64,000 bases of DNA from Syntrophorhabdaceae bacterium. GTDB taxonomy: Bacteria > Desulfobacterota > Syntrophorhabdia > Syntrophorhabdales > Syntrophorhabdaceae. A program made the translations under genes and the position numbers. Positions 40,099 to 51,200 of the stretch are shown one piece after another. The DNA lies in NCBI GenBank assembly GCA_963665295.1, contig OY762209.1:5248001-5312000 (forward strand), given 5' to 3'. Position 1 is the stretch's first letter. Each line of letters opens with the position of its first letter. The notes under the pieces are model-generated. The model was not told where the DNA came from. It ran no database searches and worked only from the letters and a program-made list of their open reading frames with translations.

Positions 40099-42036
40099 CT
40101 ACGCCTTCTTTTTCCCCGCCTTCGCGGCGCTCATAGGCTGAAACCACTTGCTGTCGGCCCCTGCACCCTGACGGGCTATGTCTACGTCAATCAGGAATGG
40201 CGTTCCCGACCTTGTCGCCTCGATGCCCCGGCGTAATGCTGCCCTGAGGTCTGCCGGCCTCTCCACCCGTATCCCGTCGCAGCCCTGGGATTTTACGAGG
40301 CCGACGAAATCCACGAGGGGATGGTCCAGCACCGTTCCCAGGCACCGGTTGGCTGCTTTCATCCTCCCGTCGAAGGCTGCGAAGGCCTTATGCACGGTTT
40401 CGTAACAGTGGTTGTTCGAGACTATGGTCAGCACCGGAGTCTGGTAGCGGGCCATGCTCCAGAAGCCTGCGGAGGAGAACATGGTGGCCCCGTCGCCGAT
40501 ATCGAGCACCACCTGCCTGTCCGGAGCGGCGATCTTCGCACCGAGGGAGGCACCCACGCCCCAACCGAGACACAAGCCCCTGCTCGAAATCCACATTTTC
40601 TCTTTTTCCCGGTGGCCCACGGTAAAAAACTGCTGGGAGCTCTGGTGGTACTCGTGGACGAGGATACAATTCTTGTCGAGCTCCTCGTCCATTACCGCGG
40701 CGAGCTCGTCGGGGTGGATGGGTGTAAGACCCGTGTTCTCCCTCTTGAGCTTTGCCGCCTTGTTTCCGTAATCGGGCGCCTGGCCGATGCGGCCGGAGGC
40801 GATCTGCCTGATGCGGGATTCGGTTGCCACGGACTTGATCGTATCGATCAGAGCCCTGAGAAAGAGCTTCGTGTTGGCCACCGCGGCGATGGCGAAAGGG
40901 AAGACGCGGCCCATATAGTCTCCGCTCGTGGAGCAGCAGATCATGGGGGTATTCTCCGCGAGGCCGAAGCGATAGAAGCCCGGAAGGATGTGGATGAAGC
41001 CCAGGGCGAGGACGAGGTCTTTGCCTGCACCGGTATAGAGGCCTCCGTAAAGGGGATGCCTGTGCGGGAAATTCGCATATACGGAGCCCACGGGAAAAGT
41101 CGTTTCCAATGCGGGGTCATTATTGGGCGCGGAGGGAAGGGGATAGTCACAGGCCGGGATCGAGAGAAGCTCGGCCAGCTCGAGCGCTTCGGCGCATGCA
41201 TTATCCTTTGTCACCTGGTCCCCGAGCCACATAACCGGAGCTTTTGCGGAGAGGAGCGCAATCGCCGCCTCCTTGACCGTATCGGGGTCCGGGGCCATAT
41301 GGTTCGGGATGATGAAATTGTCCCTGTCGTAGATGGAGGCGGTTACATTCCTCCGGGTCTGGGCATCCTCGGAGATAGCGAGGTAGACCGGCCCTCCGGG
41401 CTCGGTGGCGGCGAGCTTGTAGGCACGCCGTACCTGCGTGGGGAGCGCCTTTGCGTCGCGGGTCTCCCATGAGATCTTCGTGAACTGCCGCGTCATCTCT
41501 TTCAGGCTCCAGCCGGGTCTGGCGGCGAGGACATATTCGTCGTTCTGCGATTCGTTCTCCCTCATACCGGAGAAGACGACCATGGGCGTCCCGTCGACGT
41601 GAGAGTTGTAGAGCTGCCCCAGGGTCTGGGCAGTGGCGGCCACATGGACGAGGACGAAACCGGGGTCGCGGGAGACTTTGGCATAGCCGTCGGCAGCGGA
41701 AATGACGATGCCCTCGTGCATGCAGAGGATGAGGTTCATCGGCTGATCGAGGAACCCGTCGAGGAGGCCGTATTCATAGGTACCGGGATTGGCGAAGAGA
41801 TATTTCACCCCCGCGGCCTTCATCTGCTCCACGGCGAGCTGCCCGCCCGTGCCCGTAAACTGCCGGGCCTTGAGAGGCGCAATGCCCTTTTCTACCGCTT
41901 GGGCGCCCTTGACCATCGATGATATTCCGGCGGCCGATACCCCTGCGACACCAAGCGCCTTCATAAAGCCGCGGCGTGAAATACGATGATCAAACAGCTG
42001 ATTCAGAAGCTCGTTGACCTTTCCACCGGTGTTCAT
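40099..42036 (-). CDS. Thiamine diphosphate-dependent enzyme (benzoylformate decarboxylase-like) with a twin-arginine signal
   Basis: FANPGTYE, MHEG..ISAADGYA and GDGA...SNN ThDP motif; N-terminal SRRGFMK, hydrophobic stretch and AQA cleavage site. Confidence 0.88.
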   Translation of the reverse strand: MNTGGKVNELLNQLFDHRISRRGFMKALGVAGVSAAGISSMVKGAQAVEKGIAPLKARQFTGTGGQLAVEQMKAAGVKYLFANPGTYEYGLLDGFLDQPMNLILCMHEGIVISAADGYAKVSRDPGFVLVHVAATAQTLGQLYNSHVDGTPMVVFSGMRENESQNDEYVLAARPGWSLKEMTRQFTKISWETRDAKALPTQVRRAYKLAATEPGGPVYLAISEDAQTRRNVTASIYDRDNFIIPNHMAPDPDTVKEAAIALLSAKAPVMWLGDQVTKDNACAEALELAELLSIPACDYPLPSAPNNDPALETTFPVGSVYANFPHRHPLYGGLYTGAGKDLVLALGFIHILPGFYRFGLAENTPMICCSTSGDYMGRVFPFAIAAVANTKLFLRALIDTIKSVATESRIRQIASGRIGQAPDYGNKAAKLKRENTGLTPIHPDELAAVMDEELDKNCILVHEYHQSSQQFFTVGHREKEKMWISSRGLCLGWGVGASLGAKIAAPDRQVVLDIGDGATMFSSAGFWSMARYQTPVLTIVSNNHCYETVHKAFAAFDGRMKAANRCLGTVLDHPLVDFVGLVKSQGCDGIRVERPADLRAALRRGIEATRSGTPFLIDVDIARQGAGADSKWFQPMSAAKAGKKKA

Positions 42037-42489
42037 GTTCCCTCTCCCCTCCAAAGTGCAGAATTTTGTGCAGATGTGCAATCCTTTCGGCTGCTATCAC
42101 TTGGGGCAGGGGGCGGAATATCCATCCATAGCGCCGCCGGCGGGGCCTTCAACGAATGGTACGGGACGTGCCCACTGCAACTCGCTGTATCGGGCGACAG
42201 GGTGCATGAGCATGTGCGCCCTTGTCCACGCTGCCTCTGGTGCACCTTTTATTGTCTCCCGCGAGCTGCATGGATGTCAAGAAAAATGGCTGCCCGGAAG
42301 TATTACGGGGAGCAGGGCGGTGCAGAAATGGCGAGCATCATAGAACGAGCCGCAAGGGGTTCACTTCGGGTCTGATGGAGACCGCAAGAAAGGAGGGGGT
42401 TCATCTGGTAGCCGTGGGCGATCTGGAGGAGCTGTAGATAACAGCCTGAACGCTGTTCGGGAAGAGGTGCTACCCGGCAAGGGGAGGAT

Positions 42490-42683
42490 TACTATGGTTC
42501 CCTCGTGAGCACTGGAGGAGGATCAGAATGAACAATCCCCTGACTGGATCATGAAGGTGATCAGGAGGCGCACCAGGGCGGTCGGATCATTCCCTGACGG
42601 CAATTCGGCGCTATGCGGTATGAACGTAAGCAGCGAACCACTTGAAGACGGGTCTATGCTGTGTGAAAGACCTTGACCGGTTC
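42490..42683 (+). pseudogene. IS256-family transposase relic
   Basis: Frameshifted HWRRIRMNNP/DWIMKVIRRRTRAVGSFPDGNSAL matches the IS256 C-terminal 'HWRRIRTNNPLER..REIRRRTRVVGAFPDGNSAL'; IR-like GTGTGAAAGACCTTGAC downstream. Confidence 0.8.
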
Positions 42684-42868
42684 GCACTAACAGAATTTTG
42701 ATGCAATTCCGTGAATTCGGACTTAAAATAGATAAATAATTAAGAGGACAATGGAGTCATCGAGTGGATACCGAAAGAAAAGAGGATGTTGAAAGTTGTC
42801 ATGATGGTCGATTACGTCCTCAGAGTCACCGGAAACCGCTGGAAAAATGACAACATGGGGGGGAGAAG

Positions 42869-44482
42869 ATGTCTGCAACCCGGCTTTTGTTTATAGGCTT
42901 AGCCATGCTGCTTGGGACAGTAGGGCCGCTTGGGGCGTCGAACGAACTGTTCGACCCCTCCGTCGTGACCACTGATAAGGGGAAGGTACGCGGTGTTATC
43001 CGGGGTGGCGTCCGGGAGTTCAAGGGCATTCCCTACGCCGCGCCGCCCGTAGGCGATTTACGATGGAGTCTGCCTCGGGAAGCCCTTGCGTGGTCCGGCG
43101 TTCTGGATGCCACCAGATATAAGAGTGCCTGCCCTCAAGCCGACCGATACGGCATCCCGGAATCGAGTGACAACGAAGACTGCCTCCATATCAATGTGAC
43201 CGTACCGTACAAGGACAAATCGGACCTTGCGCGCACGCGCGCGGTGATCGTCTGGATTCACGGCGGCGCGTTCGTCGGCGGGTCGAGCGCCCTTTACCCC
43301 CTTGATTACATGGCACGGTCAGGCGATGTGGTTGTCGTGTCGATGAACTACAGGCTCGGCGTCTTCGGCTTCACCGCCCATCCGGCGTTCGCCGCCGATC
43401 ATAACGGTGGATACGGCCTTGAAGACCAGCGCGCGGCGTTAAGGTGGGTGAAGAGGAACATCACGGCCTTCGGAGGGGACCCCAACAACGTCACCATAGC
43501 CGGGGAGTCAGCCGGAGCAGCGGGTGTATGCATGCATATTCTGGCGCCGGACGAGACAACGGGGCTTTTCCACAAGGCGATCATCCAGAGCGCAGGTTGC
43601 GTGACGCCTCTTCCGAGTCTCAAGGAGGGCGAGAAGATCGGTGAGAAGGTGGCGTCCCTCGTCGGTTGTACGGATAGGGCCACTGCCCTGCCATGCCTCA
43701 AGAAGAAGCCGGTAAAAGAGCTACTCGATGGGGCGGCGAAAGCGGCAGGCTCGGCCATCCTCACCTACATGCCCGTCACGGGCACAAAGACCGTCCCCCT
43801 GCCGGGCGCCCGGGCTATCGCCGCAGGAAAGTTCGTCCGCGTGCCTGTGCTCGCCGGAGGAACGAAGGATGAGCTGAGGCTCTATGTCGCGTATGCGGTC
43901 CAGGCCGGCCAATCGGTGACCAGGGACAACTATCTGAGCCTCCTTAAGGAGGTCTATGGCAAGAATGGGGATGCCGTGCTTGGCCAATATCCCGTGGGCA
44001 ACTATTCCTCGGCGCCCACGGCCCTCGGGACCGTCTGGTCTGATTTCAGGCCCGATGTGGGGATCAACAATTGCATATATCTCCAGACGTCCAAACTGCT
44101 CCGGAAATCCGTTCCCGTCTATCAGTTCGTCTTTGCCGACAGCGAGGCGCCGCCGGTGACGAGCGATCCCGGATTCGAGATGGGAGCGGTGCATTCGTCC
44201 GAGTTGCCCTATCAGTTCCCGCACTTTGACAATACCACAAAAGTGGCGGGTCCCGATCTCAAACCGGCCTCGAAAAAACTGGCGGCACAAATGATGTCTT
44301 ATTGGACAAGTTTTGCGAAAACAGGGAAGCCGTACGCACCCGGCTCGCCGGAGTGGGGCACTTTCAATGACGATACTATGGTAATGAACCTCGAACCGGG
44401 CAAAGTGGGCTATTTCAATTCAAGTGCGGCGCACAAGTGCGCGTTCTGGAAAACACTTTATCCGGAGATTCTGAGCGAATGA
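42869..44482 (+). CDS. Secreted type-B carboxylesterase
   Basis: Signal peptide; FKGIPYAAPPVG.LRW, EDCL.INV, WIHGGAF, GESAG nucleophile and HSSEL. Confidence 0.93.
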   Translation: MSATRLLFIGLAMLLGTVGPLGASNELFDPSVVTTDKGKVRGVIRGGVREFKGIPYAAPPVGDLRWSLPREALAWSGVLDATRYKSACPQADRYGIPESSDNEDCLHINVTVPYKDKSDLARTRAVIVWIHGGAFVGGSSALYPLDYMARSGDVVVVSMNYRLGVFGFTAHPAFAADHNGGYGLEDQRAALRWVKRNITAFGGDPNNVTIAGESAGAAGVCMHILAPDETTGLFHKAIIQSAGCVTPLPSLKEGEKIGEKVASLVGCTDRATALPCLKKKPVKELLDGAAKAAGSAILTYMPVTGTKTVPLPGARAIAAGKFVRVPVLAGGTKDELRLYVAYAVQAGQSVTRDNYLSLLKEVYGKNGDAVLGQYPVGNYSSAPTALGTVWSDFRPDVGINNCIYLQTSKLLRKSVPVYQFVFADSEAPPVTSDPGFEMGAVHSSELPYQFPHFDNTTKVAGPDLKPASKKLAAQMMSYWTSFAKTGKPYAPGSPEWGTFNDDTMVMNLEPGKVGYFNSSAAHKCAFWKTLYPEILSE

Positions 44483-44501
44483 TGAAGGGGGAAGCGGAGT
44501 A

Positions 44502-46739
44502 ATGCGAAAAAGCAAGGCACTGCTACTACTCGCCGCTCTGGCGGTTACAGCCTGTCTGCTCATGGCATCCGCGGCGGAAGCCGCAAAGCGGATATGGTAT
44601 GTAAATGCAGAAAACAAGAGGGGCGGAAACGGGTTTGCCTGGCAGACGGCCTTTGACACTATAGGGAGTGCGTTGGCCAAAAGCCGCCCGGGAGATGAAA
44701 TCTGGGTGGCGAAGGGAACATACTATCCCCACGCGAGCGATCGCAACGTATCCTTCGACCTCAAGAAGGATGTGGCCCTTTACGGCGGTTTTTCCGGCAG
44801 GGAGACAAAACTCGGTCAGCGCGACTACGGGAAGAACGTGACCACGCTGAGCGGAAACATAGGGAAAGGAGACAAAACCAGGAATACGGTTACTATTGTA
44901 AAAGGGGCCGACAATGCGGTGCTTGACGGCTTTACCGTCAGCGACGCCTATGCGACGGACGAGCCGCGAATGCATCTTCTCCCGTCCGATATAGAGAAGA
45001 ATGATATGTCTGTGGGCGGCGGCATGCGCAACTTCAAGACAAGCCCGATCGTCCGCAACTGCCTTTTCAAAGACAATCGCTCGCCCAAGGGTGGGGCCGT
45101 TTACAATATGCAGGATTCCCGGGCGGCGCAAGCCCTGTTCGTTAATGTGACTTTCAGCCACAACACCGCGGGGATGAGGGGAGGAGCGGTGAGCAATGAT
45201 CTGGGAGCCATGCCGACCTTCATAAATTGCAGGTTCATCAACAATGTCTGTGAGGATAAGGGCGGAGCGCTGTACAATGATTTTGCGGCCTCTCCCATTC
45301 TTCTCAACTGTCTTTTCCAGTCCAACCGCGCGATGAGTGCAGGCGCCATAGGCAATGACGGGGGTTCGGCCCCGCTTTTAGTGAACGTGACTATCGACGG
45401 CAATGAGGCAACGAGCGGCATGGGGGGAGGGCTTTACCAGGGTACAGGCATCCAGAATAATCCCGTTGTAATCAACTCTTCTGTCGACAACGTTTACAAC
45501 TGGCACGAGGATATAGTCGTAACCCTCAACTCCAGGGTCCCCGAGAATCAAATCATGCCCCTTGCGGATTTCATGCCTGTAAGCAACATGAAGGAGACCT
45601 TCGGGCCGGATGACCTGGCCCGGCTGCCGGGCACAAAGATCGGTTTCCAGACAAGCCTGGACGGCTCGTTGCTCCTTGAGAACACTCTCGTCAAGAAACT
45701 CATTCAGTTCTACAAGAAGAACGGCGGTGCAATACGCTACCAGGATGTGTATTCCAGGCCCGAGATCGGAGCGGGCCCCGCAACCGGGACTGTTGTTGTG
45801 TATGCGGCTCCCCGGTCTGAGGGTGGGACGCAGGACGGCAACTCCTGGGAGACGGCCTTTGCCGATTTACAGCAAGCTATCAATAAGGCTTCCCTGAACA
45901 AGGCATCGGTGTGGATTAAAGCCGGCACCTACGCTCCATCCCGCAAGGGCTCGCAAATAGCCGCCTTCATTATTTACGATTACGTGAAATTGTATGGAGG
46001 ATTCGCCGGAACGGAGAAGAGTACCGGCGAGCGCGATATCCATAAAAATCCTGTGATTTTGAGCGCAAAGACCGCGGATGGAACCTTTCAATATCCCCAT
46101 GTTTTGTACGGCGCCAACAACGCAGTGTTGGACGGGCTTACCATTCGCGACGGGAAGGCGGACGGCCTTACCTATAACGGCAAAGGCGGCGGACTGCTGG
46201 CCTACCACGCGGGCAAAACCTATAGCCCCTTTGACAAAGGTCCGGGTCCGGGTTTCGTGATGCAGCTCAGCAACTGCCGTTTCGTTGACAACCAGGCCAG
46301 AGAAGGTGGGGGAATTTACGCATTCGGCAAGGCCAATCTCTCGATCTCAAACACCACTTTTCAGGGCAATAAGGCGATGTACGGGGGGGCGGTAATGGAC
46401 CGGGAAGGCAACAAGATAACGTACGACAACTGCTCCTTCATCTCCAATGATGCATCGGTCGATGGCGGGGGAGCCTATGAAGACTACGGCTCCCATGCGA
46501 GCTTCAAAAACAGCGCTTTTGACGGGAACAGGGCGCAGCATGAGGGCGGGGCGCTCTACGTGATAAGCCGCGCGTCCCAACTGGAGGCAACCGAGGTTAC
46601 CGTTGAAAAGAGCAGTTTCGATAAGAACAGCGCCCCGAAAGGCCTCGCCATATTTAATGCCGATACCAGTAAGGTAACGATAAAGAATTGTGTCCTCGAC
46701 AAGGCCACGGTCTCGGGGGCTGCCTCCTTCGAGCACTGA
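44502..46739 (+). CDS. Secreted right-handed beta-helix protein (DUF1565/Pmp-type repeats), two modules
   Basis: Signal peptide; two 'G..W.TAF...IW...GTY...LYGGF.G.E' heads, each followed by FxxN...GGA repeats. Confidence 0.8.
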   Translation: MRKSKALLLLAALAVTACLLMASAAEAAKRIWYVNAENKRGGNGFAWQTAFDTIGSALAKSRPGDEIWVAKGTYYPHASDRNVSFDLKKDVALYGGFSGRETKLGQRDYGKNVTTLSGNIGKGDKTRNTVTIVKGADNAVLDGFTVSDAYATDEPRMHLLPSDIEKNDMSVGGGMRNFKTSPIVRNCLFKDNRSPKGGAVYNMQDSRAAQALFVNVTFSHNTAGMRGGAVSNDLGAMPTFINCRFINNVCEDKGGALYNDFAASPILLNCLFQSNRAMSAGAIGNDGGSAPLLVNVTIDGNEATSGMGGGLYQGTGIQNNPVVINSSVDNVYNWHEDIVVTLNSRVPENQIMPLADFMPVSNMKETFGPDDLARLPGTKIGFQTSLDGSLLLENTLVKKLIQFYKKNGGAIRYQDVYSRPEIGAGPATGTVVVYAAPRSEGGTQDGNSWETAFADLQQAINKASLNKASVWIKAGTYAPSRKGSQIAAFIIYDYVKLYGGFAGTEKSTGERDIHKNPVILSAKTADGTFQYPHVLYGANNAVLDGLTIRDGKADGLTYNGKGGGLLAYHAGKTYSPFDKGPGPGFVMQLSNCRFVDNQAREGGGIYAFGKANLSISNTTFQGNKAMYGGAVMDREGNKITYDNCSFISNDASVDGGGAYEDYGSHASFKNSAFDGNRAQHEGGALYVISRASQLEATEVTVEKSSFDKNSAPKGLAIFNADTSKVTIKNCVLDKATVSGAASFEH

Positions 46740-47013
46740 CGCCGCCATGCCCCCGCGGAGCGCCCCGGGGCCGCAAGGCGGAACCTTGGGAACGCACTTC
46801 GCTTTTATGAGGTATAATCAAATTTTGGTGACAGGCAATAAAAAGGCGTATCCTATGTTATCAGACCTATCTACAGTGCCCGCTCATCGCCCGTCATTCT
46901 TCCCCATTGAAGTACTCTCTTCGAAGTGGTAATAGTAAGGTAGGCAAGGGGCTAGTCCGGGCTCTCCTGTTTTGGAAAAAATTATCGAATTCTGTGGCGA
47001 GGTGCTCCAAAGA

Positions 47014-47553
47014 ATGAAGAGACTGCCTTATATAGCTGTCCTGTTTTGGGGCATTCTCATGACGGCTTGCATGACCGTTCCGGCAACGACTGGGGGGAAA
47101 GAAAAAGGTTTTCTCTCTGTACCGCCGGAACTTGCCGGTGTTGACTGGAAAAGAACGCCGGAAGCAGTATTGAGTAACCCCGTCAAGGACGAACCGCTCA
47201 TCTGGCTAGGCATCGTAAGAAAGGTCGATGTCACTCAAAGAGACAAAAAGATCGAAATCGCCTGGTACTGCGAACACTTGTCTTTTGTCGAAGCCGGGCC
47301 TCCGGCCATAGGCAAACGCCCTATCAAGGCAAAAGAGGGAAAAGGTTTCTTTGCGTTGTCACTCATACTTGACGACATGAGTATTGAGCAGGCGTTGAAA
47401 TTCAAAAAAGAGCACACTGCCTCACCACATTATGCTCTGGTGGGGGGCAAATTTGATGCAGTAATTGAGAGAGAAGGAAGGCCAATTCCTTTTCTGTATA
47501 CCCTCCGTTTTGGCATGGGACCGAATTTGGCCGTGATAGAGGATACGAAATAG
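47014..47553 (+). CDS. Hypothetical lipoprotein
   Basis: Lipobox MTAC; GAGGTG RBS. Confidence 0.7.
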   Translation: MKRLPYIAVLFWGILMTACMTVPATTGGKEKGFLSVPPELAGVDWKRTPEAVLSNPVKDEPLIWLGIVRKVDVTQRDKKIEIAWYCEHLSFVEAGPPAIGKRPIKAKEGKGFFALSLILDDMSIEQALKFKKEHTASPHYALVGGKFDAVIEREGRPIPFLYTLRFGMGPNLAVIEDTK

Positions 47554-47555
47554 AT

Positions 47556-47951
47556 ATGACGACAGAGCCGACTTCGGGCCGCTTGTATTCGCTGACGACC
47601 ATCCTTTTGCTTGTCCTGGCCATATCAGGTTGCGCATCGCGCGACGACACCATGCAAAAATGGACGCCTTCCGATTTGAATGGTCGACGGCTCAGCCTCG
47701 TTGACGAGCAGGAAGTGGAAAACCTTGCCTTCTTCCCGGGAGGATATGTCCAGATAACAATCGGTTCTAAAAGTGCAGTCGCCGGTCCTGAAGGTCGTTG
47801 GGAAATAGATTCTAAGGGCGTGCTGGTTATCAGAGATATGGACGGAAGCGTCGAAGCAAGATTCAAGAAGCTTCATGAAACGAATGGCAAGATAATGGTC
47901 GAGCGCTGTGGATATGTGTTTTGCAGCAAGCGTGAATATCGAGTCAAGTAA
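47556..47951 (+). CDS. Hypothetical lipoprotein
   Basis: Lipobox ISGC; starts 2 nt after the upstream stop. Confidence 0.65.
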   Translation: MTTEPTSGRLYSLTTILLLVLAISGCASRDDTMQKWTPSDLNGRRLSLVDEQEVENLAFFPGGYVQITIGSKSAVAGPEGRWEIDSKGVLVIRDMDGSVEARFKKLHETNGKIMVERCGYVFCSKREYRVK

Positions 47952-48266
47952 CCAATTACAACCCGCCCGACCTTCATAATATCTTTGTAATCCCAAGAAT
48001 ATAATGATGCAGCATGATTCGCACATCCGATGCGAATCTCTTCCGCCTCCTGATATGTGGCGGGTCTATTTGCGGCCCGCCGGCAATGAATCAGGAATTT
48101 TCTAAACCTCGTAGGGGTATTATGCGATAATAATAATGGAGACCACGTCCCTATGCCGAATCCGTCTCTTATTTGCGGAATCATGCATATGCCTCCACGG
48201 TTGCCGATTCAGCGTCGGGGCGGGTTCGCGTATCATTCTTGAGATCTATCATCCTGGGGGGGCCCG

Positions 48267-51200
48267 ATGAACAAGTTATCGAAGAGAGAAACGGAGTTAA
48301 TGGAGGAGAATGCTTTCCTGAAAGAGAGAATCAGGGAGCTGGAACGATCGGAAACGGAGCGCAGGCGGATGGAGGAGGAGCTGGTGGTCAGCAAAAACCG
48401 CCTGTCCAGGGCTGAGATCATCTCCCGTTGCGGTAACTGGGAGTTCGACCTTAAGTCGGATAGGGTATTTGCGTCGGAAGGGGCTCGAAGCATATATGGG
48501 CTTCTCGACCGGGAGTGGACGATTCCCGAGGTACAAAAAATACCTCTTCCCGAGTACAGGGGCATGCTCGACGAGGCCCTCTCGCGACTTGTCAACGAGG
48601 ACCGCCCCTATAATATGGAGTTCAAGATAAGGCGGCCCGATACGGGGGAAATCAAGGATATGTATGCCGCCGCAGAGTATGATCGCCAAAAAAACGTGGT
48701 CTTCGGCGTCATCCAGGATGTCACCGCCCGCACCCGGGCGGAGGAGGCGCTCCACGAAAGCGAGCAACGATACAGGGCGGTGTTCGAGAATACCGGGGCA
48801 GCCTCCCTTATCATGGATGATGATACCACAATCAATCTTTGCAACGCCGAGTTTGAACGCGTTTCCGGCTATACCAGAGATGAAATCGAGGGCAAGAAGA
48901 GATGGACGGAGTTTGTGGTCCCGGAAGACCTGGATCGCATGGTTGCCCAGCACCGGTTGCGAAGGGAGACTTCCGGCCAGGCCTCGCAGAGGTATGAATT
49001 CCGGTTTGTCTCACGGACCGGAGAGATACGTAACATGTATATTGTTATCGACATTATTCATGGTACGGAGAAGAGCGTGGGCTCCTTCATAGACATTACA
49101 GAGCGCAAGCAGGCCGAAGAGGCGTTGAGGGAGTCGGAACGGCAATTCAAGGACCTTTCCGAGAAATCGGTTGTCGGTATCTACCTTGTGCAGGACGGCG
49201 TCCTCAGATACGTCAATTCAAAGTTTGCCCAACTGCTGGGATATGCCATTGATGAAATGATCGATAAGACGCCGGTGGAACAGATCATCTTTCCGGAAGA
49301 CTGGCCTACAGTGGAAGGGAATCTGCGCAAGAGACTCTCCGGCGAACTGGAATCCCTCCATTACGAATTCAGGGTAGTCCGAAAAAACGGTCAAGTAAGG
49401 AACGCCGAGATATATAGTTCCATAACCACATACCGGGGAAGACCTGCAGTAATAGGCACCCTCCTGGATGTCACCGAGCGCAAGGAGGCGGAGCAAAAGA
49501 TAATCGAATCGGAACAGTTGCTGTCCGGCATTCTTGCCGCCTCTCCTATAGGCATCGGCAAGGTGCAGGATCGAAACGTGGTGTGGGTAAATGAAACGTT
49601 GTGTCGCTTCTCAGGATACACGCAGGAAGAATTACAGGGGAGGCACACCTCACGTTTCTACGAAAGCCGCGAGGAATCCGAAAGAGTCGGAGGACTCCTC
49701 TACAAGGAAGGTGTGGCAGAAGGAAGGGTGGTGAGAAAGGATGGTGAAGTCCGGAACGCGTCGATCTGGATATCTCCCACCGACAGTCACTCATATATCT
49801 TTACCATTAACGATATAACAAGGGAGAAGGAAGCGGAAGATGCGCTGCGGAAGAGCGAAGAGAGGTATCGCAACCTCTTCGAAACGGTGATCGACGGTGT
49901 GTTCATCGTTAACGGGCGCGGCCGTTTCCTCGAGGTCAACAAATCCGCATGCCTGCAGCTGGGATACAGCCGTGAGGAACTGCTTCAACTCTCCCTGTCC
50001 GACACTTCCACCATCACGAAGTCGGCTCTTCTCAAATTCAGGAAGGAGATCAAAGCTGAACGGCCTCTGAGCTTTGAGACGTCCCACCGCCGGAAAGATG
50101 GGACGATACTGCCTGTCGAGTTGGTCGTGACGCGTGTTCAGCACGAAGGGCAACGGGCCTTCCTCGGGGTTGCCCGGGATATCACCGAGCGCGAGCGGGG
50201 GGAGCGGGAAAGAAATAAACTTCAGGAACAGTTGCGCCAGGCACAGAAGATGGAAGCCATCGGCACCCTGGCAGGAGGCGTTGCCCACGACTTTAACAAT
50301 ATCCTCACCGTCATCACCGGATATGGCTCGCTGCTCAAGATGGCAATAGACGGAGCGGAACCACTCAAGGCTTACGTTGACCAAATACTATCCTCTTCTC
50401 AAAAGGCGGTGAATCTTACCCGAAGCCTTCTGGCCTTCAGCAGAAAACAGCCGATCACCCTTGTTCCCACAAGCATCAATGGATGCATCAGAGGGACGGA
50501 GAAGCTCCTGAAACGTCTCCTCACTGAAGATATCGATTTCTCAATTTCCCTTTCTCCCGTGGATATCATCATCATGGCGGACGCAACGCAGATTGATCAG
50601 ATACTGATCAATCTCGCCACGAACGCCAGGGACGCCATGAAGAAAGGGGGCAAGCTCACCATAGAAACGAAGGCTTTCGAAATCGACTACGGGTTTAGCG
50701 TCTTCCATGACCTCGGTGAACCGGGAAGATACGCCCTTCTGTCTATTTCCGATACGGGCCACGGCATGGATGGCCCAACAAGAGAAAAGGTGTTCGATCC
50801 CTTCTTCACCACAAAAGAACCGGGCAAAGGGACGGGACTCGGTCTTGCCACGGCCTACGGTATCGTGAAGCAGCACAACGGGTATATAGACGTAATCAGC
50901 GACCCGGGCCGGGGAACCACGTTCTCCGTCTACCTCCCCGCGGTAGAGGCAGCGGGAGAAGACCGGAGTGTCCTCTCCGACGCAATCAAGGGAGGAAATG
51001 AGACCGTCCTCGTTGCCGAAGACGATGCAAGCGTAAGGCGCCTTTTGAAAAAGATCCTTGCCGGCCATGGGTATACCGTTCTTGATGCGGTAGATGGTCA
51101 GGACGCCATAGACACCTTCCAAAAGCACAAGGGCATCGACCTCATAATCCTCGATTCCGTCATGCCGAGGAAGAACGGGAGAGAGACTTACGATGCCATA

